DNA from: Lytechinus pictus
Lineage: Eukaryota
Direction of reading: 5' to 3'
NCBI RefSeq assembly: GCF_037042905.1
Contig: NC_087251.1
Location: 25,174,001-25,238,000 of the forward strand
DNA: 64,000 nucleotides
Shown one piece after another: positions 49,701 to 62,254 of the stretch. The position numbers and the translations under genes are program-made. Under the pieces are notes generated by a model. The model was not told the DNA's origin and did no database searches. It saw nothing but the letters and a program-made list of their open reading frames with translations. Within the stretch, counting starts at the first letter, position 1; each line of letters opens with the position of its first letter.

Positions 49701-52700
49701 GCTTCAGATGAATTATTCATGTAACGCTCATCTACAAAAACAAAATTGATAATAATATGCAGCATTTATAAAACGCTTTGATAATGTTTATAAGCGCTGC
49801 ATACTATTACCCGGGCTTTAGCAAGTTCTTCTTACCAGGTACCCATTTACTACACCTAGGAGGAGAATGACATATGTAGATAATTGCCTTTTTTTTTAGA
49901 TTGTTCTTTGGGCCTGATGTTGCCATCATAAAATGATGAAAAGTGGCCCGTGACTGCCACGTAATAAACCATAATTAGATTAAAAGTACAAGGTTTTACA
50001 AAGTACAAGGTGCCTTGCTAAAAGACGCAAGTGTTGTGGTGGGGCTTGAACCGCAGACCTTGTGGTTCAAAGTCCTGAGACTTATCCACTGAGCCACAAC
50101 AGGTCTATTCTTCATTGGATATTGTGAGTATGACCGGGATTCCCTTGTTTCTCATTCAGGCCTTAGTACAGACAGAGCAAGCTAAGGAAGACATTGTCAG
50201 ACTTCAAAGCAGAATGGCTGACATGGTAACAGAACAACAAGAGAAACTACATCTTGAAAGAGAGGCAACTAGGAGAGAGAGTCAAGAAGAAATTGCACAG
50301 CTCAATCATAAAGTGACTACTTCTTGTTTTCTTGATTCTTGGTATAATTTTTTTTTTTCAAGGAATGAGACTATATTGTATGTGAGTTCAGGGGTTTTTG
50401 GCATTTTAGTTTGACATGCATCTTCTTCACCTTTCACTGTATTATTGATTGACTCTAGAGTCCTGTGAATCATAAGATAGTAAAAACTGAAATGGCCATG
50501 GGTTAAATACAGTGTTTTTATTAGTGTCAGTCATGGGCCATCCGTTGCGAAAGGAAGGGAGTACCATAAAAAAGAAACATCCCTCACAGGCTGAAGGTTA
50601 CTTCCATGAAACAGGCTTTGCATTTAGGAAGTGAGGATTGCCGATGATGAATTAGTGAATGTACCTTCATTATTCAGTATTAATTAACTTAGCATGAGTC
50701 AAAAGTGAAATAGTTATTTGGAAAAGAATTCTGTTATCTCATATGCAGTTTAGTATTACAGTCTCCATCCTTCCCCTCACATGAAAGAGAATGCCAGAAA
50801 ATGATTAAAGATTAAAATTGATATATGTATTGTGTAAAGACCAAATAATCCATCTATCATTATTGTTTGATTTCCTTTGAATTGTTAGGTTGGTAAGCTA
50901 TCTGAAGAATTATCTGCAATGACCAATCAGCTAGAGAGAGTGACCAGAGAGAAGGTAGATATAACATCAGAGCTGGATCAAGCTAAGATGCAAATCATGC
51001 AACATGAGGTACAAATCACAAAGGTAAAAGTCATTGGGTTCTAATCTATCCACTTGGTCTACTAACATGGTCTAACTGTTAGATAGTGATTTATGGCTAA
51101 ACCCACTTTTTCTTTTATCAAACTAGTCTAATTACTGTTTGGTCCTACCATCACTTAGTCTGATACTCACTTAGTCTTACTGTAGTTTAACCCTAATAAG
51201 ACTGGGGCAGGGCTGATTCAGCCCCCCAATAGTTTTTGCGATAAATCTACTGCACAAAACTTTCTTACCGCATCCATCGCTGACTTTTGAGACCAAAATT
51301 CCGACCCCATTGTACGCAGTTCCGAAATTACGCAACATTTTGTAAGTGCATGCAGACCCAAAATTGATCAAAAATGTGAATTCGTGTACAGATCCAATGC
51401 AAATAGGGATTTTAGCCAAAATTCATAAATGTATAATTTCTCCTTTTATTGATTAAACTCAATTAATTTCATCTTGTTTATGGTCAAAATAAAGTCCCCA
51501 TTGAAAAAAAATTAAGAAACAAAGAAATACATAAGAAATTAAGAAAACAATAAAATACATATTAAAGAAAATAATAGTGATATTGAATTTTTCTTAAGTA
51601 CATTTGATCAGAATCCTATCAAGGTCTATGAACAAAAAGCAAGGATTTTAGGGGCCTTATTTTGTTAATTAGAGAAAAATTTGGATTTTTTGCATAAATT
51701 AGCAAAATCAATTAGAAATGAGATTTTACAAAGAGTTTGATCATACAGTTTTGTAATCAGTAAGCTATGGGCAACGTGTGTGCTCATTTTCATTGTGATC
51801 ACGCAATCGATGGCCAATATCATAAGGGGGAGGGGGGTTGAATCAATTGAGGTAGACTTGTCCTTTAAGTGATTTTAGTAATTTCTTTGTTAAATGTCCA
51901 TACATTTTTACACATCTCTGTGTCATAATACAGGTATCTGAGGACACACGAGTGTCAGCTACTACAGCTAAGGTACAGAGGGATGAGGCAATGAGACAAT
52001 TAGAGAGACTCAGAGCATCCATGGAATCAGAACTAAGAAGTGCAAAACAGGTTTGTCTTGAATTCATTTCTTCACTTTTTACTTCCATATAAAAACCATT
52101 TAAAAACTTTATTTTGTTAAATGCAGCATAATGCATGTTAGCTATATGCCCTAGTCAAAGTTATCTTTGGTATATAGATTACTTGAGCTCCAAATGCTTT
52201 AAATAAATGGAATGTCCTATCTATACATAACATGATAACCTAAAATATTCTGAGAACATGGCTGAAAAGAGATACTGAGTTTTGTTTATGATTTAGCAAA
52301 TAACTATTAGTTTTGTCAAGTTTTCTGTATATATGTTTTTTTGCAATTGCAATATTCTTCATAAAATGACAGGTAAAAGCTATGTCTGTATTACAGGAGA
52401 AATCTCGGGTGAAGAATGACTTATCAGATGTAAGAAGGAGACTCCAGCAGGCTGAGAAGGATGCCTCCTCATCACGGGAGGAGTGCATCCGTTTGGTAGA
52501 GAAACTCAATGCTGCTGAGAGAGAGGTAAATAAATAGTGTTATGTATTCAATAATTGAAATGATGATCTTTTCTCTCCATTCTTGAGGATATTTGTGTCT
52601 AGCCTGTATAGCAGAAGATGGCGTAGTCAACAGTGAAGTCTTAAGCTAAGGTTAAATATTTAAAATGTTATCATAACTTATACAGTATATGGACCTAGTC

Positions 52701-55700
52701 CATGAAACTTGGACATAAGGTTAATCAAGTATTACTGAACATCCTGCTCGAGTTTCAGGTCACATGACCGAGGTCAAAGGTCAGTTTGGGTCAATTAACT
52801 TTTGCCATGTTGGGGGTATTTGTCGAATTGCCATCATTTATTTTTGAATGTTTAAGAATCTAGTTCATGAAACTTGGACATGAGAGTAATCAAGTATCAC
52901 TGAACACCTGTGAGATTTTCAGGTCACATGACCAAGGTCAAAGGTCATTTATAGTCAATGAACTGAGATTATGTTGGGGGAATCAAAATAAAATCTTAAA
53001 CCAAGGTTAATTTCAAAACTTTGAAAGTATATGTATCTAGTTCATGAAACTTGGACATAAGAATAATCAAGTATCACTGAACATCCTGCACGAGTTTCAG
53101 GTGAAAGGTCATTTAAGGTCAATGAACTTGTGCCATATTTGTGGTATTTGTTGAATTGCCATCCTAACTTTGAAAGTTAATTGAAATACTTCATGAAATG
53201 TGGACATAGGGGTAATCAAGTATCACTGATGATGTTGCGCAATGCTAGGTCACTCAAGGTCAAATGTCATTTAGGGTCAGTGACCATAGTATTTAATTAT
53301 CACATGAATGGTGTTTTTGTTAATTATTCTATAGTCATTATCAAAGTCAGCACTGCTGCTATCGGTATATTGAATCGCGAAATGCAGGTGAGACTGCAAG
53401 AGGCACTTCACTTGTTCTAAAGTGAAATCAGAAGGAGAAAAATGGGAGGCAGAAGTACAAAAACTTGTATTATTTTATGGATATTTTATGGAATGGCCCT
53501 AATATTTATAAATGAAAGCAGAATTTAGAATATTAAACGCAGAAAGGGTACTTAGGATGGAAAATCAGATTTTGATCATGTAATTAGTAGCAACTGTATT
53601 AGGCACTTCTTAATTCACATCTTACAGGCATTGGTCAACATTGATTTTACTTTTAAGAAAATCTGAGCTGCAAGGTCCCATTTGTCAGCTATGCCAGAAA
53701 ATTAAAAAAAATATAGTGACTGGAAGTACCACCCCAATTTTATTCCACCACATGTGTTACACTTAAACTCCCCAGGAAAATCATTAAATGGTGACTTTTC
53801 AGTCACAGATATCTTGAAAGTGTCAGCACTTTTTTTTTTTTACCTGGGCATCATTTTTTATCCATTAAGTACAACAAACACTAAATTTCATGATTTTTAA
53901 AGATACAACCTTTGTGATGTTGACCGATGACTGTTTTTGATGGGAGTGTTGTATGGAAGTCAAATCATGTAGTATTAATCACAATTTTCAATATTTGTTT
54001 GTGTTTTTATTAGGCAAGTATTTTACGTTTGTCTCATGAGAGTGTTGAGAAGGGTAACAAAGACGCTCTGAGGATGGTAAGACACCGAGCAGAGAAGAAG
54101 GAGCAAGACCTCAAACAAACTATACATGACATGGAAGCCAAGCATAGTAAGTTATTTTCCAAGTAGTTTTATGTTTGGGCTCTGTTTTATTTATTTATTT
54201 ATTTATTCACGTTTTCTTTGAAAGACAGGGTTGTCCCGTTCAAGTCAATTGGCCTGATTTTCAAGGGAGCCCTGTCAAATGTACATACATATAACATGAC
54301 ATATATACAGAAATAAAAACAGTGATTAAAAATAAATAATGGCAAAGGCTTTTATAGAGAAAAAAATCATATATGAAATGAGTATAAAATATGGAAAATA
54401 ATATATTAACAAAAAGACAAAGCATAGTGGACAAAAATCATTACAAGTAACAAAAAGAAAAGAAAGAAAAAAAAAGAGAGAGCATGATAACACAATCATT
54501 TTGGATGGTTACAGAGGAAGTTTGATCAATGGATCTGGTATTGTCTGAGGCATCTTTTGAAAATTTGGAGAGAAGGGGATGTTTGTCTTGTGTTTTTCTT
54601 TAGTATCATCCCATTCTGTGAGGTATTATATCGCTTGGTATTTTATTGTGTATTGTTTCTCATGTAATCTTCAAAGTGTTGTATTAAAAATGTTGATCAA
54701 TGATACCATACATTTAAATTTGACTTCGGGAACCTGACTCACAAGCAATTATTCTTCAAGGTTTCCTCCATGATATTTCATCCGTTCTTTTGAAACCTAA
54801 ACCAAGACACCCCCACCAAATTTATTAAAATTGGGCAAGGGTTGCTTATACTTCAAATGACAGCACATTGCATGTTTCATTATCACAATAAGTTACATTA
54901 TTACACTGTTCATCAGATGTATGCTATAAACCTAAATTAAGTGATATGCATTGGCACTTATATTTTTTGCGCTTAACGGAATTAGGCTGTGCACATTTAC
55001 ATACACTAATTGTGCTATTTTAGTGGGCCAAGCCAACTGGAACTGCATTTTTGTTGCTTGCACATTCATATTTCTAATTATGAGATACGTATTCTTTTTC
55101 ACCTCTGCTTGGAACAGGTTTAGCTGTGAATGAACTAGAGAACATGTTATCAGATCAACAAGCCTTGATCACAAAGCTTAGAGGAGAGGGTAGAATCCTT
55201 ACTGAGAAGTTAGAGAGTGGAACTAACAAGTATAGGTTAGTAGCCTTAGAGTTTGAAGTTTAGAATTGACGTTTAATTGTGAATCAATGTGAATGACATT
55301 GTAAATGATGATAGTCTCAAACCATACCAGAAGATATTCTTGTATAGGAAAACTCTTCTGTGAAATATATTTACTCACTTATGTAACGAACTAGATATGA
55401 TCTATAAGTTGAAAAAGCAGCTAAGAATTGTAAACATTTGAAGTTTAGAACTGATGTTTCATTGTGAATCAATGTGAATGGCATTGTAAATGATAATAGT
55501 CTCAAACCATACTAGAAGATATTCTTGTATAGGAAAACTCTTCTGTGAAATATATTTACTCACTTATGTAACGAACTAGATATGATCTATAAGTTGAAAA
55601 AGCAGCTAAAAATTGTAAACATCTGAAGTGTAGAATTGATGTTTAATTGTGAATCAATGTGAATGACATTGTAAATGATAATAGTCTCAAACCATACTAG

Positions 55701-57258
55701 AAGATATTCTTGTATAGGAAAACTCTTCTGTGAAATATATTTACTCACTTATGTAACGAACTAGATATGATCTATAAGTTGAAAAAGCAGCTAAGAATTG
55801 TAAACATTTTATAAGAATGTCAATGTTGAAATAAGATAAGTTCAATGAAATTTAATCAACAAACCAGCAATTTTTTTGCAAAGTCTATGATACTAACCAT
55901 TAAAGCATCGACAATCATTCTCAGAAAACTGTGAAATCATGATGAAAGTATAGAATCAATATATTTGTGCTGTAGGAAGTACATTTCCCTCATTTCTTTC
56001 TATTATCACTTTAGATCAGAGCTTCGTCAACTGAGGCAGGTGAATGGTGAGCTTGTGGCCCGATCAGAGCGCCTCTCCCAGCAGCATAATGATATGGAGA
56101 TACAGTGTGTAGAGCATGGTAAACTACATCATAGAATGAAAACCCGTCTCCAGCAGATGGAAGAACAGAATAACAAAAATGCTAAACAGGTAATGTGTCT
56201 GGAATACCTGACATTGCTATGCTGCTGCTACTACATATGTCTCTTCTATTTCATAGGCTTCATAGTTAATTCTATATTTGGGATGATGTATATATTCATT
56301 CTGTGTTTTGCTTTGATCTATTTGTTGCTTTATTTATTTTTGATCAAGTATTGATCTGAACCAACCTATTTGTCCATCCAATCCCCATTTTTCTCCTTTT
56401 TCAAATTAACTTCACAAACTGCTCAAGCTATGACCTTCTGAAGCTTTACAAAATTCATATGAACTAGAAAAAAAAAATGAAATACAGGAAGGTCTCTCTT
56501 TTATAAGGGGTTGATGCATATACTTCATGGAATTGAACAGCATCAAATCATTCTGTTTTGAACTCGGGGACTCTAAAGTAAAAGGTGCATTTAGATGCAG
56601 CTAAATGCAAATCTTAAATGGGTACCCTCGATTGGATAAAAATCAAATCGCATTTTATTACTCTTTTTACAATGGGCCTCAGACCCTTCAAAGTCAATCA
56701 TGATTTATTTTTTCAAATTATTTGCTTTGATATTAAGATCTGTGAGCTTCTTTATGAGGAAGCAGATCTGCTTTGATGCCTGAACACCTAGAGAGCATTT
56801 CAACAACATTGATGTCTGATGATTTTTCTTGATAATGATTTCATGCTAAGCACTGTAACTGTGGCAATCTTTGGATGAAATAGATTTCATCGGTTAAAAC
56901 ATCCAACAAAACATTCCCCAGGTCCTCAGTAAGGAAGTAGGGTTCCATCTTAAGAATCATGTTTTCCAATCTGTTTATGGTGCGAGCTCTGATCTTTCCA
57001 ACCGTTCATGATTTTGATTGTGTTTGACATCCACTCTAGATCTTTGAGCTCCTTCAGAAGCAGACCAGCTTGATGCAGGAACGACAGGTCCTCAGTAAGG
57101 AGGTAGAGTTCTTGAGAAGCCATGGCATCACCAATGCACCATCAGACCTGAACAGGAGTGAAACCAACTGGTTGAACAGTGATGTAGATAAACTCAAGAG
57201 ATCGGCTGGATCATATGGCAAGGAGGCTATGGTACCAAGTCATGATCAGGACAGGTAG
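37763..57258 (+). CDS. SDCCAG8: Serologically defined colon cancer antigen 8-like centrosomal/ciliary coiled-coil protein, 17 coding exons, 789 aa
   Basis: Exons: 37763-37814, 40141-40333, 40751-40898, 41263-41433, 41878-41997, 43179-43286, 43664-43728, 44228-44422, 48399-48537, 50160-50312, 50889-51023, 51934-52050, 52397-52525, 54014-54146, 55118-55235, 56015-56189, 57040-57258 (2370 nt); GT-AG, phases consistent. Recognised motifs: RASDSINEL, INSQSAYIQQLEGENKYCREEL, GLCVRCAQEEAV, ERDDL..REAEAYNQVQQ, REECIRL, QCVEHGKLHHRMKTRLQQM, LLQKQTSLMQERQVLSKEV. Exon 1 is the least certain. Confidence 0.9.
39072..39671. mobile_element. Kolobok/T2-type MITE, related subfamily
   Basis: TTAA|AGGACAAGTCCATCCCA...TGAGGTGGACTTGACCT|TTAA; internal similarity to family A (AAAATCGGAT, TGATGACATCA, CTTTTGTATTTTATT). 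Confidence 0.85.
42582..42818. mobile_element. Small TIR element (hAT-like)
   Basis: CAAAGCTGCCAAC / GTTGGCAGCTCTG ends, with ATAGCC on both flanks. Confidence 0.6.
44666..45139. mobile_element. Non-autonomous TIR element (21-bp perfect TIR)
   Basis: AATTCTCGCTACCCCAAATAG / CTATTTGGGGTAGCGAGAATT; internal IR ACAACTTCC..TTC / GAACCGGAAGTTGT; TSD not resolved. Confidence 0.8.
44976..45020. mobile_element. 45-bp CATAG...CTATG micro-element / possible excision footprint
   Basis: CGCGAACC|CATAGAGATGTATACTAAT-TAGCGTT-ATTAGTATACATCTCTATG|CGCGAACC; perfect 19-bp arms, perfect 8-bp TSD. Confidence 0.9.
45171..47834. mobile_element. 2.66-kb non-autonomous hAT-like element
   Basis: GTACAAAT|TAGTGCTG...CAGCACTA|GTACAAAT; clusters of CCGAAC/GTTCGG subterminal repeats at both ends; no long ORF. 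Confidence 0.9.
46248..47054. mobile_element. PIF/Harbinger-like element nested in the hAT-like element
   Basis: ATG|GGCTGCGTTTAT...ATAAACGCACCC|ATG; subterminal arrays of the palindrome AATCATGATT at both ends. Confidence 0.8.
49150..49490. repeat. Degenerate foldback repeat of TTAGTCTAAT / TAGACCAA motifs
   Basis: Left half has TAGTCTA/GTCTAC motifs, right half their complements; similar motifs at about 51050-51180. Confidence 0.45.
49750..50100 (-). mobile_element. tRNA-derived SINE interrupted by a ~120-bp insert
   Basis: Shares CCAGGTACCCATT..CACCT and TTCAAAGTC..GACT.ATCCACTG.GCCACAAC with 31196-31502; a T-rich insert at about 49888-50010 splits it. Confidence 0.7.
51191..51845. mobile_element. 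piggyBac-like non-autonomous relic
   Basis: TTAA|CCCTAATAAGACTGGGG start; GATTCAGCCCCCC / GGGGGTTGAATC subterminal IR; right terminus lost. Confidence 0.5.
52596..53415 (-). mobile_element. HINE-like family C copy 2
   Basis: Reverse complement of 26421-27520 (ends ATGCAGGTGAGACTGCAAGAGGCACTTCACTTGT), with about 4 tandem units of CATGAAACTTGGACAT..AATCAAGTATCACTGAACA. Confidence 0.85.
54183..54480 (-). mobile_element. 3' tail of a non-LTR retroelement
   Basis: (TTTA)n run followed by stem-loop GACAGGGTTGTCCC...GGGAGCCCTGTC and an A-rich tract. Confidence 0.45.
55252..55809. repeat. Tandem triplication, 3 x 185 bp, near-identical
   Basis: Units start at 55252, 55437 and 55622 and differ by only a few substitutions. 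Confidence 0.95.
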
Positions 57259-57381
57259 CATACATCATTTTTCTTTTAAGTATTGATGAAAGGAACGTTT
57301 CTTAAAATATTCAAAATCACATGCAATTGAAATCAAGAAAGTGCACATGCATATTTTTTCACTATAAAATATTATAACTTA

Positions 57382-57863
57382 GACACTGTTCTCACTACTG
57401 TTCTAAAACTAGTTTAACGTGAAATGAGAACGGTGGAAGCGGTCTTGGAAGCGATCTTCCAAACCGGTTCAGAAAACCACCTTGTGATGTAGTTTTGAAG
57501 ATCGCTTTGCCTCGTTAAACTGGTTTTAGCGTGAGGACACAACTGTTCTTCAGGAAGCAATCATCTCACATTTCGAGCGCGCGACTCCACACACTGTATG
57601 TGGAATGATTACGCTGCAGTTTCAAATTTTGCGCTAAACATGTCACTCCACCGAGAGTGCCTTGAGCACCTAGCAAGGTGGATACGTGCGCTATACAAAT
57701 CCTATATTATTTATTTATTTATTTCCCATAGCAGCAAGACTGCTTTACGTGAAGTGGTTTTGAAAACCACTTTCAGGTGATCAAATGGGAACACTAGCAA
57801 AGCAATCTTCCAAACTGGTTTCCAGTATACCAGTTTGGAACAAAGTATAATGAAAACAATGTC
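57382..57863. mobile_element. Harbinger-like TIR element downstream of the SDCCAG8 stop, with a retroelement 3' tail inserted
   Basis: GACACTGTTCTCACTA / TAATGAAAACAATGTC imperfect TIRs; internal GAGTGCCTTGAGCACC..GTGCGCTATACAAAT-(TAT/TTTA)n at about 57654-57723. Confidence 0.6.
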
Positions 57864-59682
57864 AAATTCACATTAATAGATTATCCCCTCCCTCCCCCCC
57901 CCAAAAAAAAAAAAGAACGAGGAAACAGGGATATACTAAATTAGTCTTTAACAAGAACCATCATCCTGTATTGTAATAGCTTCATGAACAATAAATTTAC
58001 TTGGGTTGATATAGTCTGAGTTTAATGTTTTTCATGTAGTAAGTTAATGATTTTGTACTGATTAATTGCTTTTGTCACTTAATCCATTTTATATTTTAAT
58101 CTATATTTCATTCAGAGATAAAGTTAATATATTAAGAGTGTAGACCATTATTTAGAAAAGAAAATTATTCAACCCTGGTCCTAAATTAATTGATTTTGTA
58201 AGTAAATTATGTAACACAAACCTGATGTTTATGTGAAAACTAATGAAGACATATGAAGACTTTTTAGTTCCTATTTACAAGTTTGAATGGTTTTTAATCA
58301 AATAAAATTACAATCATTGGCAAATAATTGAATTTAAAAAAGTTATGGTAGATCCATCATGCATTTGTATTTTAGTTTAATCTTAGACCTAGCTATGTGC
58401 ATCATGATGGTATGATATTTGTTTAATACACAAAGTATCATATTATTTTTAAATTTACTCTCCCACTGCATTCTGAAATAGTAGTTTCTATAATTCTGCC
58501 TTGATATAAACAGTAATTGCATAAACAACCACTTAATTATATGCCTTAAAATGAGAGAACATTATTTTTCACACATTACTTTATATCAAAATCTTACAAG
58601 CTTATGCAGTTGGAAAAAGAACTTCATAAATATGCATGGCAAAATGTTGCATAAGTTACAGCAATACATATTTTAACCGTCCATTTTTATCAATTTTTTA
58701 TATTGATGCTCTATTGGAGCTATGGTTTTAAGAAGGTAGCAAACAGTCATATAACTTGTGTGTGAAGTATGGACATTCATTTCTTATTTCTAATTAATTA
58801 ACATTCCTTTCATTTGTCTTTTCTTAGTGTATGTCATTTATATACATTTTATTTTTATTTTACCTGAAATATCAATTTCCACCCTGTCAAAAAAATTGCA
58901 AATTGGTTGATTGTTAGTAATTTGTGAGTTGTTGAAGTTATCAAAATGTCATGTGGACATGCAAATATCATGCATGAGGTGAAAGAAAATATAAAGCCTA
59001 AAGGGCAATTTCATATGAGAAAAATTATAGTCCAGAGTAAATCCATTCATGGATTAAAAATCAACATTTCTGAAAATAGGTGTCATGACATGATAATCAT
59101 TATTGGCATGTTCAACTTTATTTGGAAAAATTCTCAGAAAATGGTTCAAATTTCTAGTAAGTACATTTAAATGGGTTAATTTCATTGATATTGAAAGTGA
59201 TTGCTCATTTTTATAAAATGTACAACATGGTTAAATTTCATTATTGATATTGAATATTGTTGAAACAAAAGATTTGGGGGGAAATAACAGACATATTTTC
59301 CTCGAATTAACTGCTATAGTGGTTTAAGAGAGGCAAAACACAGAACATGAACTGTGAACACAAACTCAAATAATATTTGTATCTGAATTAAATTTCCCAT
59401 GTGGAATTTCCTAGATGGTATGACATTTCTTTACACAGTACTCTAGTTGATTCTTCTTGTACCTCAGTCAGTATAAAACACCTTCCAGTATTTTAGATTA
59501 AACAAATTATTCCATGTATGTTCTAATCAATGTATCTGTGTGTATTGAGTGTCTGTAAGAAATAATCTTTTTATTTTCATATTTTTTGTTGTACTTTATT
59601 ATATTTGATTGTACTAACTAATTGAAAGTATTTAACTCTTTATGCCAGTTGTAAAAATTGTGTATTGTGACGAATTAATATA

Positions 59683-60218
59683 CAGTGCGTCCCACAAAAA
59701 GGAAACCCGTTTTCAGAGATAGATTTCACAAGTATTAAATATGTTTTTACTATAAATTTGATACCCATGGCAAGAGTGGAATCTCATCTCTAATTTGAAA
59801 CCAACAGCTTAGCAAATTGTTCATGCGTGGCAGATTACAAACAATAAATACTGAGGCATATCAAAAATGATTTGTGCAGAACTCATTTGTGAATCTGAAT
59901 CCTTTCTCATTTCAGGGATCAGTGAGAGAATCTTATCAAAGAATACACAAGAAATGCTAATGAGCCAATAGTTGAATAAGCACGTTGTCATATCATGAAC
60001 CAATCTTGTCTAATATTTCTGGGCAACCTGGTTTTGACATTAAAATTTCAAACTTGTTTTGCTCATTAATGCGTGAAGTGTTCGTCTCATATAAGGTATC
60101 AAAATAAAGAGTAATAATTGAATTATATGATTATATAAATTAAATATCATAATTCATTTGCCTTTGAAAAAAAAAAAAGACTTGGGAATCACGGTTTCCT
60201 TATTTCTGGGATGCACTG
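59683..60218. mobile_element. Tc1/mariner-like non-autonomous element
   Basis: TA|CAGTGCGTCCCACAAAAAGGAAACC...GGTTTCCTTATTTCTGGGATGCACTG|TA. Confidence 0.85.
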
Positions 60219-60539
60219 TATAGTTGTAAATGTCTGATGTGTTTGGTTCTGTATGCAAATTTTATTCAAAGTTTCAGTTCTACCTTACATCAAATTTTAG
60301 GCCTGGAAATCGTTATGAATATGAATCCAATTGAATTGTTTTATTCAGTTTGGAAGTACATTGCAACATTGGTTTTCTGGGGATGGCAGACAGTGTTATT
60401 TAGTTTCATTCTTTTATTTGTGTGTGAATTCAGAACTATAATCATGTTTTCTTGAATAAAGCCACCAGTCATTTATAGTTATTCAAATGCCATAATACTA
60501 TGAATCCTGCAACAACAACAAAATACAATAAAATTTAAG

Positions 60540-60817
60540 GTATTGGGGGTATTTTTTGAATTGGCATCATAACTTACAAAGCTTATTGATCTAGTTCATG
60601 AAACTTAGATATAAGGGTTATCAGGGTATGAATGATTATTTTCACAATTCTAGGTGACTTGATCAAGGTCAAATGTTCATTTTAGGTCAATGGACATAGT
60701 ATTTCACTATCATATGATTTTTTTAAAATAATTATTCAATAATTGTTTTAAAAGTGAGCAATGCTGCTATATTGAATTGCGTAATGCAGGTGAGACTGCC
60801 AGTGGCATGCCACTTGT
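60540..60817 (-). mobile_element. HINE-like family C copy 3 (partial)
   Basis: ATGCAGGTGAGACTGCCAGTGGCATGCCACTTGT end plus one tandem unit. Confidence 0.8.
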
Positions 60818-62035
60818 TTTTATTTGAATTTGGTGGGGGAGGGTGATTCGCTTTGCCAGGCATATCTTAAAAAATATCACATTTCACAAAGCAATAATGA
60901 AAACATTTGTGGTACAGTATATTCAATGATGTAGTAATAATTTTTACAGAAATTTTATACTTTTGTTCTCGTACATTACTGTACTTTTTATCAAATGCAT
61001 TTAACATTTTTTGTAGCAATAATATTTTTTAAATGTATGTTTAAATAAAAAAAAACAAATTGGATACTAATATTAATCATTTAATTTTGTTGTTATTCCT
61101 CCAAAATTATTTTCAGAGTGTGATTTTGATGGTCAAATACAAAGATATCAAAGGAAAAGCAGTGACAATGTAACTAGGCATGGCAAAACTCCAAAAAGTC
61201 GCCAGAAAAGAATTTTGGGTTGAATATTCCTACTGAAAAAGGAGAATCTCAGCTTTTAAATGATACATAACTCGTGTTAATGGATTTTCTTAACCCTCAT
61301 TACAAGGAGAAGAAAATTTGACTACAGTAGAATATTAATTTGGAGTTAAGAGGGATTAAAAGTTGACAAGGCTATTGAATCACACTTGCCCCCCCCCCCC
61401 ATTATTGTGCAAGGCGACAAAAAGTGGATTAAAACTCATTCAAATTACCCTAGAAGGGGGGGGGGGGTCATCAAATTGGCTAAAAATTTGTCATGCTAAT
61501 TAGGCACATCCAGTTTTAGATAACAGAGAAGTATGAATGAAGAAAGATCTTGACCATTTTTTTTTTCATTTATTGGAGTTAAAAATAAGGGGAATACTTC
61601 AATTTTGGGGAAGAAAAACAAATAAAAAGTAATCTAAGAAGAAAATATGGGTTTGATTAAAACTGTCGAGGGAGCCATTTGGGTTTGTCTGGTACATAAT
61701 TTTTTTACATCAGAAAATAGAAAAAAGTATGCTCTTTCAAAAATAATACTCAAAATTTAGATTTAACCATTCTGACCAAAACAACTTTGAATGTCATACT
61801 GAAAATCACACAGTGCAACTTTTCCTGGGTCTAGTCACGCCTGGACACAGATTTAGTTTCTGAAATCAGGGTATTTCATTAATTTTGGAAAATACTCTAA
61901 AAACTTCCCTTTCGGATGACAACAAAAATACAGTTATTGTTCATTCTTGAGCATACACTGACCCCTTTTTTATTCAGCGTGTAAAAAATGGGTTGCACCA
62001 AATAGAAGGGAATTAGTCAGCAAACAAAATTTTTA

Positions 62036-62254
62036 ATCACTAATTTTAAATCATTCTTAAACAAATGAATCATACAGTACATGTAAATCAAACAATGATG
62101 TAAATATTATGTAATTTATTGATTACGAGTCACAATCAATAAATTACTCCTAGTACATATGTTTGTATTTACATCATTGTTTGATTTACATGTACTGTAT
62201 ATGTCACTTCCATATGATGATTCATTTGTTTATGAATGATTTAGAATTAGTGAT
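62036..62254. repeat. Foldback inverted repeat with an internal second hairpin
   Basis: ATCACTAATTTTAAATCATTC..TACAGTACATGTAAATCAAACAATGATGTAAATA pairs with its reverse complement at about 62166-62254; inner GTAATTTATTGATT / AATCAATAAATTAC. Confidence 0.85.

Noticed and set aside
55252..55809. Possible CRISPR array or duplicated exon
   Set aside because: Simple head-to-tail triplication with no spacers; it starts after the donor and contains no exon sequence.
57253..57262. Donor CAG|GTAGCA implying a further SDCCAG8 exon
   Set aside because: Weak donor that coincides with the in-frame TAG, and no downstream exon was identified; it cannot be fully excluded without transcripts.
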